DNA of 64,000 nt from an uncultured Pseudomonadota bacterium (GCA_963843375.1 CAWJKT010000001.1:192001-256000), one strand, 5' to 3'; shown: positions 20,411-33,353, counted from the first letter of the stretch. The notes: generated by a model from the sequence alone, not told the origin. Translations and numbers: made by a program.

Positions 20411-21515
20411 ACCTCTTCGTATCGGTATCGACGCCCGCTTGGCTTACCGGCGCGGTGTCGGCACCTATGCCGCAAACCTGATTTTAGCCCTTTCGAAGAT
20501 CGACCGGAAAAACCGTTATTTCATTTTCAACGCTCCCCACGCCTTAAGAAGCCAAATTTCCTCGACCAGGTTTCAGTGGGTTATCGTCCCCTTTTCTAAC
20601 GCAGCTTATTATGAACAGGTGCTTCTCCCCCGTGTGGCCCGGGAACAAGGGGTGGACCTTCTTCACTTTACGGATAATTCCGCCACCTCCATCGACCCCA
20701 TCCCATTCGTGGTGACGCTTCACGATACGATGCATACCCGGCCATTGGCCCAAGTAAGGCCCAAGGCCACATTCCGGCATAGGTTGTTGGATGGCTATAA
20801 AAAGTGGGCGATTAGCCGTTCGGTGTTTAGGGCAAAGGCCATTCTTACCGTTTCTGAATTTTCCAAGAGACAGATTCTGGATCAAATGGGTATCGATGGC
20901 GCCAAGATTTTCGTGACGCCGGAGGGAGTGGACAGGAGGCTGTTTAAAAAGGTTTCCCGTAAACCTTCTAAAATTTTTAAGATTTTGGTCCATGGGGCGG
21001 CCGATGAGCGAAAAAACATGGCCAATATTCTAAAGGCGGTAAAAATTCTCGCGGACCTGGGTAAGAAGTTTCAGGTGATCGTTGTAGGCATGGATGCGGC
21101 GGAGTTGAAATTTACCAACTATATCGACCAGGTTCTTTCTTTGGGGATTGGAAATCTATTGGAATGGGCTGGAAACGTGCCCTTTGAAATGTTAAGCCTT
21201 GTTTACGCGGAAGCGGATTTGTTTCTTTATCCCTCGCGATTGGAAGGTTTCGGGCTTCCGGTGTTGGAAGCATTCGCTTGCGGGGTTCCAGTGATTGCCT
21301 CCAATACCACCTCCTTGCCCGAGGTGGCGGGCGACGCGGCTTGGCTGGTTGACCCAGAGAACCCATAAGCCATCGCCAAAGGGGTGAAGCAAATGATGGA
21401 AAAGCCTTCCTTGCGCAAACGCCATATCCTGCGGGGACTGAAGCGGGCCAAACTGTTCACCTGGGAAAGAACGGCAAAGTTGACTTTGAAAGTTTATGAA
21501 AGAATGCCTCTATGA
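20382..21515 (+). CDS. Glycosyltransferase family 4 with an in-frame TAA at 21366
   Basis: IGIDAR, VTLHD, TVSEFSK, YPSRLEGFGLPVLEAFACG. The same frame continues after the stop as AIAKG...RAKLFTWERTA to TGA 21515. Confidence 0.85.
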
Positions 21516-23238
21516 CCGCTTTTTTGAACGGCGGTCTTTTCTTGCTGGAGGCGATTTCGCTATTAAACTTTTTTTTTGGATTGCCCAATGTCTGGCCCGG
21601 GGATCAGATGCCTTTGATCTTCCTGTTTTTGTTCTTGTTTGCCATCGTGATAGCGCTGGAGACGGTAATTTTTCGTCTCATGTCGACTCAAGAAAACTGG
21701 GAATTGATGTTTCGCCAGGTTCTCCTCACCCATTTCCCTGGTTGTTGGGATACTCTGGCCCCTGGCTTAGGCTTGAACCTTCCGGACCCCATAATTTCAG
21801 ACTGAGAAAAATACAGATCCTTCTGGGACATCATTTGATTTCCCATTTTTTCGTTTTTTTATCCCGCACTGTTAAAAAAATCCAGGAGAAGGATGGAGGA
21901 TTTTCCAAAATATTGGTGTGATGGGGCTATTTCTGTTTGTGGGACCACTCTTTGGACGGCGACGGTTTGCGATTTGAGCGGGGATGAGCCCCATTATCTG
22001 TTGATGGCCTATAGCCTTATCCATGATGGGGATTTGGACCTCGACGAACAATTATGCCAACAGGGATTATGAACAGTTTTACCATCGGGGGGTTTTGGAG
22101 CCCCAAGGATTGGAACATGTGGAGGATGGTAAAAGATATAGCCACCATCCTTTGGGGCCGGTATTATTAATTTTGCCGGGTTTCCTTAATCGCAGGACGC
22201 CTCGGGGCGGCATTGACCATGGCTCTTGTTGGCGGCTTTGGCCCTTTATCCTGACAATGCGGGTGTTGGAAGAAACGGGAGCCAAAGGCTGGGCGCTTCA
22301 CGCGACCGGAATGGTCGGTCTTTTCTCCAGCCCCTTGCTGCTTTTCTGCGGTCTCATCTTCCCGGAAATTCCTACCGCCTGCCTGGTGGCCTTAAGCCTT
22401 CTTCTTTTTTTGAAAAAGCGATGGCAGTGGCTGGGATTGTGTTTGGGGCTAATGCTTTGGATGCACAACCGCAATGTTTTAATAATTTTCCCGTTTCTTT
22501 CATTTACGTTATTTGAAATCTGGAAAGACCGGAAATATCGAAAGGCGCAATTAGTTAAGTTTGGGGCTGGCTTTGGAGCGCCGGTCCTATTCTTAATCAT
22601 CTATTTTTACAGCCTCTATGGTGTTCTAACGCCCCTTGGAGCCCACAATGAACCTTTCACTTCTTTATTCCGTTTGGGGCATTTTTGGGATGGATTCTTC
22701 GGGCTTCTCCTGGATCAGGAATGTGGCCTTTGGTTCTATTTCCCCATTTTCGGGCTGGTCGTGACAGGCGGGGTTGTATTGTGGCGATCCAGGAATCCAT
22801 TGGGCTCTATTGGTGGTTGGGATACTCCTGTTTTATTACCTCTTTATGTCCTTCTATGAAAACCTCGGGCTGACGCCAGCTACCCGCTATTGGGTGGGCG
22901 TGACACCTCTTTTGTTGCTGGCGGTTTATTCTTCTATGGAAAAGATGAAGAAAGAGGATATTTGGACCAAGTTTGCGGCTTTGTCCCTGGTCGTGGGTAT
23001 TTTTGTGAATTGGCTTTTGGCGGCGATCCCTTGGATGCGGTATAACAAACTCAATGGGGAGAACTTGATTTTAAAGATGGTCGGTTCTTTTTTACATCTG
23101 CCATTGACAGCGATGAATCCGGCTTTCCAGGCGCCCGTGGTCGAAATGAAAAGTTATCTCATGAGTGCTTTGACGATGGGGTTGACCCTCGCCTTTAGCT
23201 TTTGGTTTTTAAAAGAGAAAAAAGTTGTAAGTCAATAA
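21512..23238 (+). CDS. Multi-pass membrane protein, probable GT-C-fold (ArnT/PMT-like) glycosyltransferase, several frameshifts
   Basis: Fragments 21512.., 22023.. and 22774.. are all hydrophobic; GDEPHYLLMAYSLIHDGDLD loop near 21980, IFPEIP, GLLLDQECGL, RYW. Confidence 0.6.
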
Positions 23239-23251
23239 AGGACAGCAACGC

Positions 23252-24478
23252 TTGAATATCCTCATTCTCACGCCCCTTGTTCCTTATCCTCCGCACGATG
23301 GGGACAAACTCCGTCTTTATCATTTTCTCAAACACCTCAGAAGCCGGGGCCACAAAATCGACCTCTTTTGCTTGACCCGGGTAAAGTCCGATTTTTCCGA
23401 TGCCGACAGCCTTCGTGTTTTCTGCCGCCATTTTTACCAGGAGCATTTAAACCATTGGGACTTGTTCTTTAACCTGGTAGGCGGTGTTTTGATCGGCCAA
23501 TCGCTGAACGTTTCCAGTTATTTTTCCCCGAAACTCCGGGATCATCTGAGGAATTATTGGAAAACCTCGGACGGTCAAGCCGTCGATGTCGTGTTGGCCC
23601 ATCGGCTTCGGATGGCTCCCGCGGCTTTCGAAGGCAACCCCGGAAAGCCGGTGGTTTTGGAACTAACCGACTGTCTGACGGCTTACGCCCAGCAACTGAA
23701 GCAAAAGAACGTGGCGCGTTTCTCCCGGCGATTGGCGGCCTGGTGGGATTATTGGTTTCTGCGGCGGGAAGAAGTGGAATGGACCGAAAGGGCCTTCCGA
23801 TCCATAATCATTTCCGAAACGGACGCCCAGGTTTTAAGGGAACAGGGAGCCCCGGTGGATAAAGTGATCGTGATCCCCAACGGGGTGGAATTTAAGCGGG
23901 TTTCAAAAGCCAAAAAGCTGGAAGTTTATCCAAAGAACAAGATGGTGATTTGTTTTGTGGGCAATATGGGTTATGCCGCGAATGAGGACGGTGCGCTATG
24001 GTTCCTAAAAAAAATATGGCCCAAGTTGAAACAACAGGTTCCTTCGGTAGTTTTTGCGGCGGTGGGAGGTCATCCCCGCAAAGCCCTCTTGCGGTATCAC
24101 GACGGCCAGAATGTGTTCGTAACCGGTTGGGTGCCTGAGATTGAACCCTATTTGGTCCAAGCGAATGTTTCTATCGCTCCCTTGCGGGTGACGGCGGGAA
24201 TGCAAAACAAGGTGGCCTTGTCTTTGGCTTTAGGTGTTCCGGTGGTCGCCACTCCCCAGGCGGTTTCCTGGATGCCGTTGAAAGGGCGGGATGGCGTTAT
24301 AGTGGTTGGAAACGAAGATCAATTCGCCCAGGAGTTGATTGAGGTGCTTTTGAAGCCCAAAGCGGGGAAGGCTTGGGCGAAAAAGGGCCAGCGGTTTATC
24401 CTGAAGAACTATCGCTGGAATGATTCGGGCCGAAAGTTGGAACAAGTATTAAAACAAGCGGCGAAAAGTAATTCTTAA
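23252..24478 (+). CDS. Glycosyltransferase family 4
   Basis: PYPPHDGDKLR, IPNGV, FVGNMGYAANEDG, APLR...GMQNKV...GVPVV. Confidence 0.88.
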   Translation: MNILILTPLVPYPPHDGDKLRLYHFLKHLRSRGHKIDLFCLTRVKSDFSDADSLRVFCRHFYQEHLNHWDLFFNLVGGVLIGQSLNVSSYFSPKLRDHLRNYWKTSDGQAVDVVLAHRLRMAPAAFEGNPGKPVVLELTDCLTAYAQQLKQKNVARFSRRLAAWWDYWFLRREEVEWTERAFRSIIISETDAQVLREQGAPVDKVIVIPNGVEFKRVSKAKKLEVYPKNKMVICFVGNMGYAANEDGALWFLKKIWPKLKQQVPSVVFAAVGGHPRKALLRYHDGQNVFVTGWVPEIEPYLVQANVSIAPLRVTAGMQNKVALSLALGVPVVATPQAVSWMPLKGRDGVIVVGNEDQFAQELIEVLLKPKAGKAWAKKGQRFILKNYRWNDSGRKLEQVLKQAAKSNS

Positions 24479-24490
24479 TGAGGTGTTCAT

Positions 24491-26380
24491 TTGTGCGGTA
24501 TAGCGGGTTTCTGCCAATTTAAGCCGGGCATGCCCTTGAAGTTGAAACATCTTGAGGACATGACCGAAACAATCAAGCACCGGGGCCCGGATGACAAGGG
24601 GATGTACCAAAAGGGGTCCGTTGGCCTGGGCATGACCCGCCTTGCCATCGTCGATGTTGCGGGCGGCGCCCAGCCCATCTCCAACGAACGGGGCAATATC
24701 TGGGTTGTGTTTAATGGCGAGATTTACAACTATTTGGAATTGCGAGAACCCTTAATCGAGGCCGGCCACCATTTTTCCACTAACTCGGATACCGAAGTCA
24801 TTGTCCATGCTTATGAAGAATATGGCGATAAATTCATTTCCAAACTTCGAGGTATGTTCGCTTTCGCCCTTTGGGATGAGACTTTCCAAAAACTCATTCT
24901 TGCCCGGGATCATATAGGAGTAAAGCCGCTTTACTACACCACCGCTGACGGGTCTCTGGTATTCGGCTCGGAAATCAAGGCATTGCTTGCCTTGGATACC
25001 GTGCCCCGCCAGGTGGATTCCAAACAAATTCTCACTCTTATGACCCTCCAGTACGTTCCAACGCCCGACACCCTCTTCAAGGGCATCCGAAAACTTCCCG
25101 CCGGCCATTACCTGATCTGCCAAAGCGGCAAGATAATGGTGCGCCCCTATTGGGAACTGCCCAAGATCACCACAACCTTGGGGGAAGATATTGATACGGT
25201 CCAGGAGAAAAACCTTGTGGAGGAATTGCGCTCCAAGTTTTTCGCCAGCGTGAAGGAACAACTGATGTCGGATGTGCCTGTTGGGGCTTTTCTTTCGGGC
25301 GGACTGGATTCCTCCTTTGTCGTAGCCGCCATGACCCAACAGACCCGGCAGTCGGTCAAGACTTACTCCGTGGGTTTCGAGAACCAGCACGATTTTAACG
25401 AACTCAAATTCGCCCAAAAGGTCTCCAAAACCCTCAAAAGCCAGCACCGGGAAATCATGGTCAATGCCCAGATGCTCAACGACCTCATTCCGAAACTAGT
25501 GAAGTACCAGGACGATCCGGTCATCGATCCGGCGATATTGCCAACTTTCGTGGTTTCCCTTTTCGCGCGGCAGGAAGTGAAGGTTGTCCTTACCGGGGAG
25601 GGAGCGGATGAGCTCTTTGGAGGCTATCGACGTTATTCCTACGACCAGCTTTCAGGCGGGGTGAGGTTGATACCCGGGTGGTTGAAGGCTCTCGTTCCTT
25701 TCGTGACGGGCGGTATGAAGGACCCTTATAAACAAGCCTGGCATGCCTTGAATAAAGAGGACTTGGTGAAACGGCACATGGCTTGGTCCCGGCTTTGCCT
25801 GGAGGAAACCCTGCAAGGGTTGGCAGGGGAGAAGCTGTTGTATGAAATGGAACATTCCAAAGTTGAGGAGTCCATGGAACGGATTTTCGAGGGAGCCGAG
25901 CCTTATGGTTTCGACAACCTGAACCTGATGCTTTACATGGATTTGAAGACATGGCTCCCCGACGACCTTTTGAACAAGGTGGACCGCATGAGTATGGCGG
26001 CTTCGCTGGAAGCGCGGGTGCCTTACCTGGACCACCGGTTGGTAGAATTCGCTTTTTCCCTTCCCTCAACTATGAAGCTTAAAGGGAGCACGGGAAAATA
26101 TATTTTAAAAAAGGCCGCCCAAAAATATGTCCCAAGTGAAATCATCAACCGCCAAAAGAGGGGGTTTGCCGTTCCTTTGGGACCTTGGTTTCGAAAAGAA
26201 TTAAAATCCCTCCTAGTGGATATCCTTCATTCTGAAAAATTCCAGAAGCGAGGTTATTTCAATATCCCCAAAACCGAGCAGATTTTAGAAGAACATCTTT
26301 CGGGCAGGAAAGATCACCATCTTCTTTTGTACGGCCTGTTATTAGTGGAAATGTGGCATAGAAGGTTTATTGATGAGTGA
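24491..26380 (+). CDS. asnB: Asparagine synthase (glutamine-hydrolysing)-family amidotransferase
   Basis: MCGIAG, HRGPD, FNGEIYN, LSGGLDSS, LTGEGADE, DRMSMAASLEARVP. Confidence 0.92.
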   Translation: MCGIAGFCQFKPGMPLKLKHLEDMTETIKHRGPDDKGMYQKGSVGLGMTRLAIVDVAGGAQPISNERGNIWVVFNGEIYNYLELREPLIEAGHHFSTNSDTEVIVHAYEEYGDKFISKLRGMFAFALWDETFQKLILARDHIGVKPLYYTTADGSLVFGSEIKALLALDTVPRQVDSKQILTLMTLQYVPTPDTLFKGIRKLPAGHYLICQSGKIMVRPYWELPKITTTLGEDIDTVQEKNLVEELRSKFFASVKEQLMSDVPVGAFLSGGLDSSFVVAAMTQQTRQSVKTYSVGFENQHDFNELKFAQKVSKTLKSQHREIMVNAQMLNDLIPKLVKYQDDPVIDPAILPTFVVSLFARQEVKVVLTGEGADELFGGYRRYSYDQLSGGVRLIPGWLKALVPFVTGGMKDPYKQAWHALNKEDLVKRHMAWSRLCLEETLQGLAGEKLLYEMEHSKVEESMERIFEGAEPYGFDNLNLMLYMDLKTWLPDDLLNKVDRMSMAASLEARVPYLDHRLVEFAFSLPSTMKLKGSTGKYILKKAAQKYVPSEIINRQKRGFAVPLGPWFRKELKSLLVDILHSEKFQKRGYFNIPKTEQILEEHLSGRKDHHLLLYGLLLVEMWHRRFIDE

Positions 26381-26391
26381 GGAGCACCAAC

Positions 26392-26772
26392 ATGAAAGAT
26401 GAACGTTACGAAAAAGGTTGGAAAAAATTTCAAGAAATCCATGGGCCCGTGGCAAAGGCCACGATCAACAGCCTGAAGGATATCAGTCCCGAACTGGGAA
26501 AATTTGTGACCGAGTTCGCCTTTGCGGACATCTATTCCCGTCCGGGGTTGGATTTGAAAACCCGACAGCTTTTGACGATTGCTTCCCTCGTCACTCTTGG
26601 AACCGCTCCCCTTCAGCTAAAGTCCCATATAAAAGGCGCCCTCAACGTGGGGTGTTCCAAACGGGAGATCATTGAAGCCATTCTCCAAATGGCTGTTTAC
26701 GCGGGGTTCCCGGCGGCCATGAATGCCATGTATGCCGCCAAAGAGGTTTTCAAGGATAAGAAATTCCGTTAA
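26392..26772 (+). CDS. Carboxymuconolactone decarboxylase family protein
   Basis: FADIYSRPGLDLKTR, HIKGALNVG, VYAGFPAA. Confidence 0.88.
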   Translation: MKDERYEKGWKKFQEIHGPVAKATINSLKDISPELGKFVTEFAFADIYSRPGLDLKTRQLLTIASLVTLGTAPLQLKSHIKGALNVGCSKREIIEAILQMAVYAGFPAAMNAMYAAKEVFKDKKFR

Positions 26773-26935
26773 CTCTCTCTGGTTTGGGGGTGCCTCAGGC
26801 CGGATTTAAGCCTCTCTCGCTTTATCGATCATCCGGAAATCGGGTAATCGTGCCTCTCTTTCACCCAAGCTTTTCCAGAAAACACTTAAAATGGTAGGGT
26901 TTTTAATTAATTCTGAGGGTTGGAGCAAGGTTGGT

Positions 26936-26964
26936 TTGACGGATGGCCGACTTTCCTGTAAAAT
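26936..26964 (+). promoter_or_regulatory. sigma70 promoter upstream of efp
   Basis: TTGACG-N17-TAAAAT. Confidence 0.6.
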
Positions 26965-27074
26965 GCCGCCTCTTTTGGCTCAAAAACCATTAAAAATAAG
27001 GGTTTTTACGACTTTTTGACTAAATATGCCTATTAAATAAGGGTTTTTCCCCTATTCATCTTGGAGGATTTTAA

Positions 27075-27632
27075 ATGCTTACCGTTATGGATCTACGGGC
27101 AGGGAATCTGTGTGAATTTGATGGTGTCCTTTACCGGGTTGTCAATTTTCAACATGTAAAGCCCGGTAAAGGCGGTGGTTTTGTCCGTCTAAAGATCAAG
27201 AATGTCGAGCAAGGAACTGTGACTGATAAGACCCTGGATAGTTGGGAAAAAGTAGCCGAACCCCCGGTTGAAGAAAAGGAAATGCAGTACATGTATAAGC
27301 AAGGCGATAAGTTCGTATTCATGGACACCGAAACCTATGAACAATTGGAACTAACCGAGGAAGAAGTCGGGGAAGGGTACCAATGGCTCAAGGACGAGAT
27401 GAATATCGAAGTGCTTTTCTATAGAGACCGTCCCATCAGTGTAAAACTGCCCATTACCGTGAACTTGAAAATCATCTCCTCGGAACCCGGAATCAAGGGC
27501 GACCGGGTATCGGGGGCCAGCAAACCCGCCACGCTCGAGAGCGGAGCCACCATCCAGGTTCCTCTTTTTGTTAAAGAAGGGGATGTCATCAAGGTTGATA
27601 CCAGAACCGGGGAATATTTAGAAAGAGTTTGA
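27075..27632 (+). CDS. efp: Elongation factor P
   Basis: HVKPGKG, FMDTETYEQ, KPATLESG, VDTRTGEY. Confidence 0.97.
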   Translation: MLTVMDLRAGNLCEFDGVLYRVVNFQHVKPGKGGGFVRLKIKNVEQGTVTDKTLDSWEKVAEPPVEEKEMQYMYKQGDKFVFMDTETYEQLELTEEEVGEGYQWLKDEMNIEVLFYRDRPISVKLPITVNLKIISSEPGIKGDRVSGASKPATLESGATIQVPLFVKEGDVIKVDTRTGEYLERV

Positions 27633-27679
27633 ATTCCCCCAACCGTCGTCCAGCCGTTGTGTTAGAAAGGAGACATTGA

Positions 27680-28249
27680 ATGTCGACTAGCCCGGAAAAG
27701 AACGAAGGGTCCAAGCCGGAAAAGAAGAAAAAAGCCGAATCCGCCCCGATTAAAAAAATAAAAGTCAGTTCCAGACTTTCCATCGTCCAGGATGTCATCG
27801 CCTTGATGAATGAAGCGGACATCTCCGAACTCAGTTTCGAGCAGGGGGACATCAAGGTCCATCTTCGCCGGGGGCCGGGAATGCCTTTCGCCACCACCAT
27901 GGTTCCTTCAGTGGTTTCCACCGTACCCGTCGCGGCTTCCGTTGCTCCTGCCACGGGTGTTCCGGCGGCAACGTCGGCCGGTGGCGCAACCGCCGCGACG
28001 CCGGACAATGGCGCTACCTTGAATTCTCCAATGGTTGGAACCTTTTATCGCGCCTCATCCCCGGACTCGAAACCTTTCATTGAAGAAGGGGACAAGATTG
28101 CAGTGGGCCAAGTCTATTGCATCATTGAGGCCATGAAACTCATGAACGAAGTGAAGTCCGAAGTCGCCGGCAAGGTTGTCAAAATCCTCGTCCAGAATGG
28201 CCAGGCCGTCGAATTCAACCAGCCTTTAATCGTTGTTGATCCCAGTTAA
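27680..28249 (+). CDS. accB: Acetyl-CoA carboxylase biotin carboxyl carrier protein
   Basis: SPMVGTFY, IEAMKLMNE. Confidence 0.95.
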   Translation: MSTSPEKNEGSKPEKKKKAESAPIKKIKVSSRLSIVQDVIALMNEADISELSFEQGDIKVHLRRGPGMPFATTMVPSVVSTVPVAASVAPATGVPAATSAGGATAATPDNGATLNSPMVGTFYRASSPDSKPFIEEGDKIAVGQVYCIIEAMKLMNEVKSEVAGKVVKILVQNGQAVEFNQPLIVVDPS

Positions 28250-28328
28250 AGACAATTCGCAGGTACAGCCCAACGTTCGCAGTCTGGCTTGAAGGCGAAC
28301 AGTAAACGGCTTTTGAGAAAAGGAAATC

Positions 28329-29699
28329 ATGTTTAACAAGATACTCATCGCCAACCGGGGGGAGATTGCCCTTCGCATCATCCGGGCCTGTAAAGAACTC
28401 GGGATAAAGACAGTGGCTGTTTATTCCCAAGCCGACGCCGAGTCCCTGCACGTTCACCTGGCGGATGAGAGCGTCTGCATCGGGAAGCCTTCCAGCAAGG
28501 AAAGTTATCTCAATATTCCAGCGCTCATCAGCGCGGCGGAAATCACCGATGCCGAGGCCATCCATCCTGGTTACGGTTTCTTAGCCGAGAACGCCCACTT
28601 CGCGGAAGTTTGCGCCAGTTGCCAGATCAAATTCATCGGGCCCAAACCTGAAGTCATGCGATTGATGGGTGACAAAGTGGCCGCTATCCGGACGGCGAAA
28701 AAGGCGGGGACTCCCACCACCCCCGGGAGCGACGGCGCGGTGAAGAATGAAAAACAGGCGCTGGCCGTGGCCAAGTTGATCAAGTATCCGGTAATCATCA
28801 AGGCTTCTGCGGGTGGCGGTGGAAAGGGAATGCGTGTCGCCCACACGGATATTTCCCTGACGCAGGCCTTTCAAACGGCACGTGCCGAGGCCGAAGCGGC
28901 TTTCGGTAATCCCGAGGTTTACATTGAGAAATATATTGAGGAACCCAGGCACATCGAGGTTCAAATACTGGGCGATGAGTACGGCCACATCATGCATTTA
29001 GGTGAGAGGGATTGTACGATTCAGCGGTCTCACCAAAAACTCATTGAGGAAGCACCCTCCCCGGTTTTGACAACCCGGCAACGCAAAAAGGTGGGGAAAT
29101 ACGCCCTTAAATTAGCGAAAGAAGTGAAATACACCTCCGCTGGAACCATTGAGTTCCTCATGGATAAGCATGGTGACTTTTACTTCATGGAAATGAATAC
29201 TCGCGTTCAGGTTGAGCATCCCGTCACCGAATTGACTACCGGGGTGGATATTATTAAAGAGCAGATCAAAATCGCCGCGGGTGAAAAACTATCCATGGGC
29301 AAGGACGTCTTGGAACCCCGGGGACATTCCATTGAATGCCGCATCAACGCCGAAGATCCGGATGACAACTTCCGCCCATCGCCCGGTACGATCACGACCT
29401 ATCACGTTCCGGGGGGGCCAGGGGTGCGAGTGGATACCCATCTTTATCAGGGGTACAAGGTCCCGCCTTATTACGATTCAATGCTGGCCAAGATCATCGT
29501 CCATGCCCCCGACCGTCCCCAAGCCATCCGGCGGATGGTGAGGGCTTTGGACGAACTGGTGGTGGAAGGCATCCATACCACAACTGATTTTCTGAAGGTC
29601 ATTTTGGAGAGTGAATCTTTCAAACGGGGAAATTATTCCACCCACTTCGTTGAAAAATTCATGAAGAGCAAGAAGGATAAAGGCGAAGAGAAAAAGTAA
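28329..29699 (+). CDS. accC: Biotin carboxylase
   Basis: [38 protein letters not shown]. Confidence 0.97.
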   Translation: MFNKILIANRGEIALRIIRACKELGIKTVAVYSQADAESLHVHLADESVCIGKPSSKESYLNIPALISAAEITDAEAIHPGYGFLAENAHFAEVCASCQIKFIGPKPEVMRLMGDKVAAIRTAKKAGTPTTPGSDGAVKNEKQALAVAKLIKYPVIIKASAGGGGKGMRVAHTDISLTQAFQTARAEAEAAFGNPEVYIEKYIEEPRHIEVQILGDEYGHIMHLGERDCTIQRSHQKLIEEAPSPVLTTRQRKKVGKYALKLAKEVKYTSAGTIEFLMDKHGDFYFMEMNTRVQVEHPVTELTTGVDIIKEQIKIAAGEKLSMGKDVLEPRGHSIECRINAEDPDDNFRPSPGTITTYHVPGGPGVRVDTHLYQGYKVPPYYDSMLAKIIVHAPDRPQAIRRMVRALDELVVEGIHTTTDFLKVILESESFKRGNYSTHFVEKFMKSKKDKGEEKK

Positions 29700-29729
29700 A
29701 AGACGATCAATTTTCGATGCTGATGGGCG

Positions 29730-30830
29730 ATGTTCGAGGATAAAGAAAAGCTTGGTTTGGAGAATAAAGTGAAGATTACAGTATATTTCGATCCCAAAGA
29801 CGTGAAGCCGACGGTTGTTCAAAACGCTACGGTCGTATTAGCCGATGTTCTTCGAGCTTCTACCACCATTGCGGTTTATCTTTACCATGGCGCCGCTGGC
29901 GTAGCCCTTTGCTCCGACCCCGGGGCGGCTAAAAAAATATTTGAAAAGCAAAAGCGCGGGGAAGGCCTTTTGGCCGGAGAACGCGACTGGGATAAGATAC
30001 CCGGTTTTCACCTGGGCGGCTCACCCCTGGATTCAAGCCGCGAAAAAGTAAAAGACCGGGTTGTGGCCTTTAGCACTCCCACACCGTTGAAAATTGTTAA
30101 AAACGCCAAGCATGTGGTAATGGGTTCTTTCGTCAATTTGGATGATGTTTATGATTCCTGTCTTCGAGGAAAACGGGATGTGGTGATCGTTTGCGCCGGA
30201 GGTCCGGAAGATTCGGCTTTCGCCGGAATGCTGGCTGATTTCCTCCAGAACACCTTGAGCTCCACACCTATCCTATTAGCAGAAAGCGCCAAGGAAGCGG
30301 TGGCACTTTATAAGCCCTGGCAGGGTAGGATCGTGGATCTTTTGAGGGAATCGCCGGAAGGAAAATCCCTTGTTCAAAAGGGCTTCGCCAAAGACCTGGA
30401 TTTTGCCGCCAAGGTCAGTCGTACCTCCGCTGTTCCCTATTTGAAAGACGATTTGTTTTTGAAGGAGGACACTCCCAAGCGGAAGTGGCTGGAAGACGCT
30501 AAAAAACCTACCACTCCCCAGAAGGGCAAGTCCATCAAGATTACCGCGCCCCTATTCCCCAAAAATCCCGAGCATCCGGTTCCGGGAGCTGAAAAGGGTG
30601 GCAAAAAGGGAGCCTCGGTAGCGGACGCCAAAAAGCACGAAGAGAAAAAAGGGGACGAGAAAAAGCACTCCGATAAAAAAGTGGATAAGAAGGCGGATAA
30701 AACCGCGGCAGCCCCCAAGAAGGCCGAGGTAAAAGGGACCCTTGTGAAACCCAAGAAAGTTCCCAAACCTATGTTCAGCAAAAAAACGGTGGCGAACGCT
30801 CCGGTTAAGATGATCCGGAAAGAACGATAA
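29730..30830 (+). CDS. ComB (2-phosphosulfolactate phosphatase)-like protein with long Lys-rich C-terminal tail
   Basis: DVLRASTTI, AGER...IPGFHLGGSP, EDSAFAG, GFAKDLDFA. Confidence 0.75.
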   Translation: MFEDKEKLGLENKVKITVYFDPKDVKPTVVQNATVVLADVLRASTTIAVYLYHGAAGVALCSDPGAAKKIFEKQKRGEGLLAGERDWDKIPGFHLGGSPLDSSREKVKDRVVAFSTPTPLKIVKNAKHVVMGSFVNLDDVYDSCLRGKRDVVIVCAGGPEDSAFAGMLADFLQNTLSSTPILLAESAKEAVALYKPWQGRIVDLLRESPEGKSLVQKGFAKDLDFAAKVSRTSAVPYLKDDLFLKEDTPKRKWLEDAKKPTTPQKGKSIKITAPLFPKNPEHPVPGAEKGGKKGASVADAKKHEEKKGDEKKHSDKKVDKKADKTAAAPKKAEVKGTLVKPKKVPKPMFSKKTVANAPVKMIRKER

Positions 30831-30869
30831 TCGAAAGCACGGGATAGATAGCTTCCTGAGGCGGTTTTC

Positions 30870-31295
30870 ATGAAATCCCAGCCCGCAAATGTAGGGGTAT
30901 TGAGGGCGCTTGATGCTAATTGCAATCGGGCGCGAGAGGGTTTTCGAGTCGCAGAGGACGTGGCCCGTTTCGTCCTTGATGATTACAAACTTTTGATCCG
31001 ATTAAAAAAACTTCGCCATGGAATCACTAGCGCTGAGAAATCCCTGTTCCAATCCAACGAAATACGCCAGGCCGCCCGAAATGTGGAAAAAGACCTGGGT
31101 CGTGGAAACAAAGAAAAAAACGAAAAAATTCGATCCACGCCCCAGGAACTTTTAAAGGCTAATCTCAAACGGGCCCAGGAAGCCTTGAGATCCTTGGAAG
31201 AGTTCTCCAAACTGTTAAAACATCCGGCTTGCGCTCATTTCAAGAAACTGCGCTACGAATGTTATAAGATTGAAGAGGAGCTCAACCTAGGGTGA
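30870..31295 (+). CDS. Stand-alone ThiD2-domain protein (HMP-phosphate kinase type)
   Basis: RALDANCNRAREGFRVAEDVARF, LKKLRH, ANLKRAQEALRSLEEFSK; adjacent to thiC. Confidence 0.85.
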   Translation: MKSQPANVGVLRALDANCNRAREGFRVAEDVARFVLDDYKLLIRLKKLRHGITSAEKSLFQSNEIRQAARNVEKDLGRGNKEKNEKIRSTPQELLKANLKRAQEALRSLEEFSKLLKHPACAHFKKLRYECYKIEEELNLG

Positions 31296-31299
31296 TTGG

Positions 31300-31328
31300 T
31301 TGCAATCCCCTGTAGCCATCGGTATGCT
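31300..31328 (+). promoter_or_regulatory. sigma70 promoter for thiC
   Basis: TTGCAA-N17-TATGCT. Confidence 0.5.
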
Positions 31329-31341
31329 GTCTTATTAATAA

Positions 31342-33285
<1,944 letters not shown>

Positions 33286-33303
33286 ATAGAATTTGGGATA
33301 AAT

Positions 33304-33341
33304 AAAAAAGGCCGCTTTCCAAAAGGAGAGCGGCCTTTTTT
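33304..33341. terminator. Bidirectional intrinsic terminator between convergent thiC and ferredoxin
   Basis: AAAAAAGGCCGCTTTCC-AAAA-GGAGAGCGGCCTTTTTT. Confidence 0.85.
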
Positions 33342-33353
33342 GCTTCTAGAAAC

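Noticed and set aside
21366..21368. Stop-codon reassignment (TAA read-through)
   Set aside because: TAA terminates many clear genes here (efp-region accB and accC, thiC, pilT); one case is not evidence of recoding.
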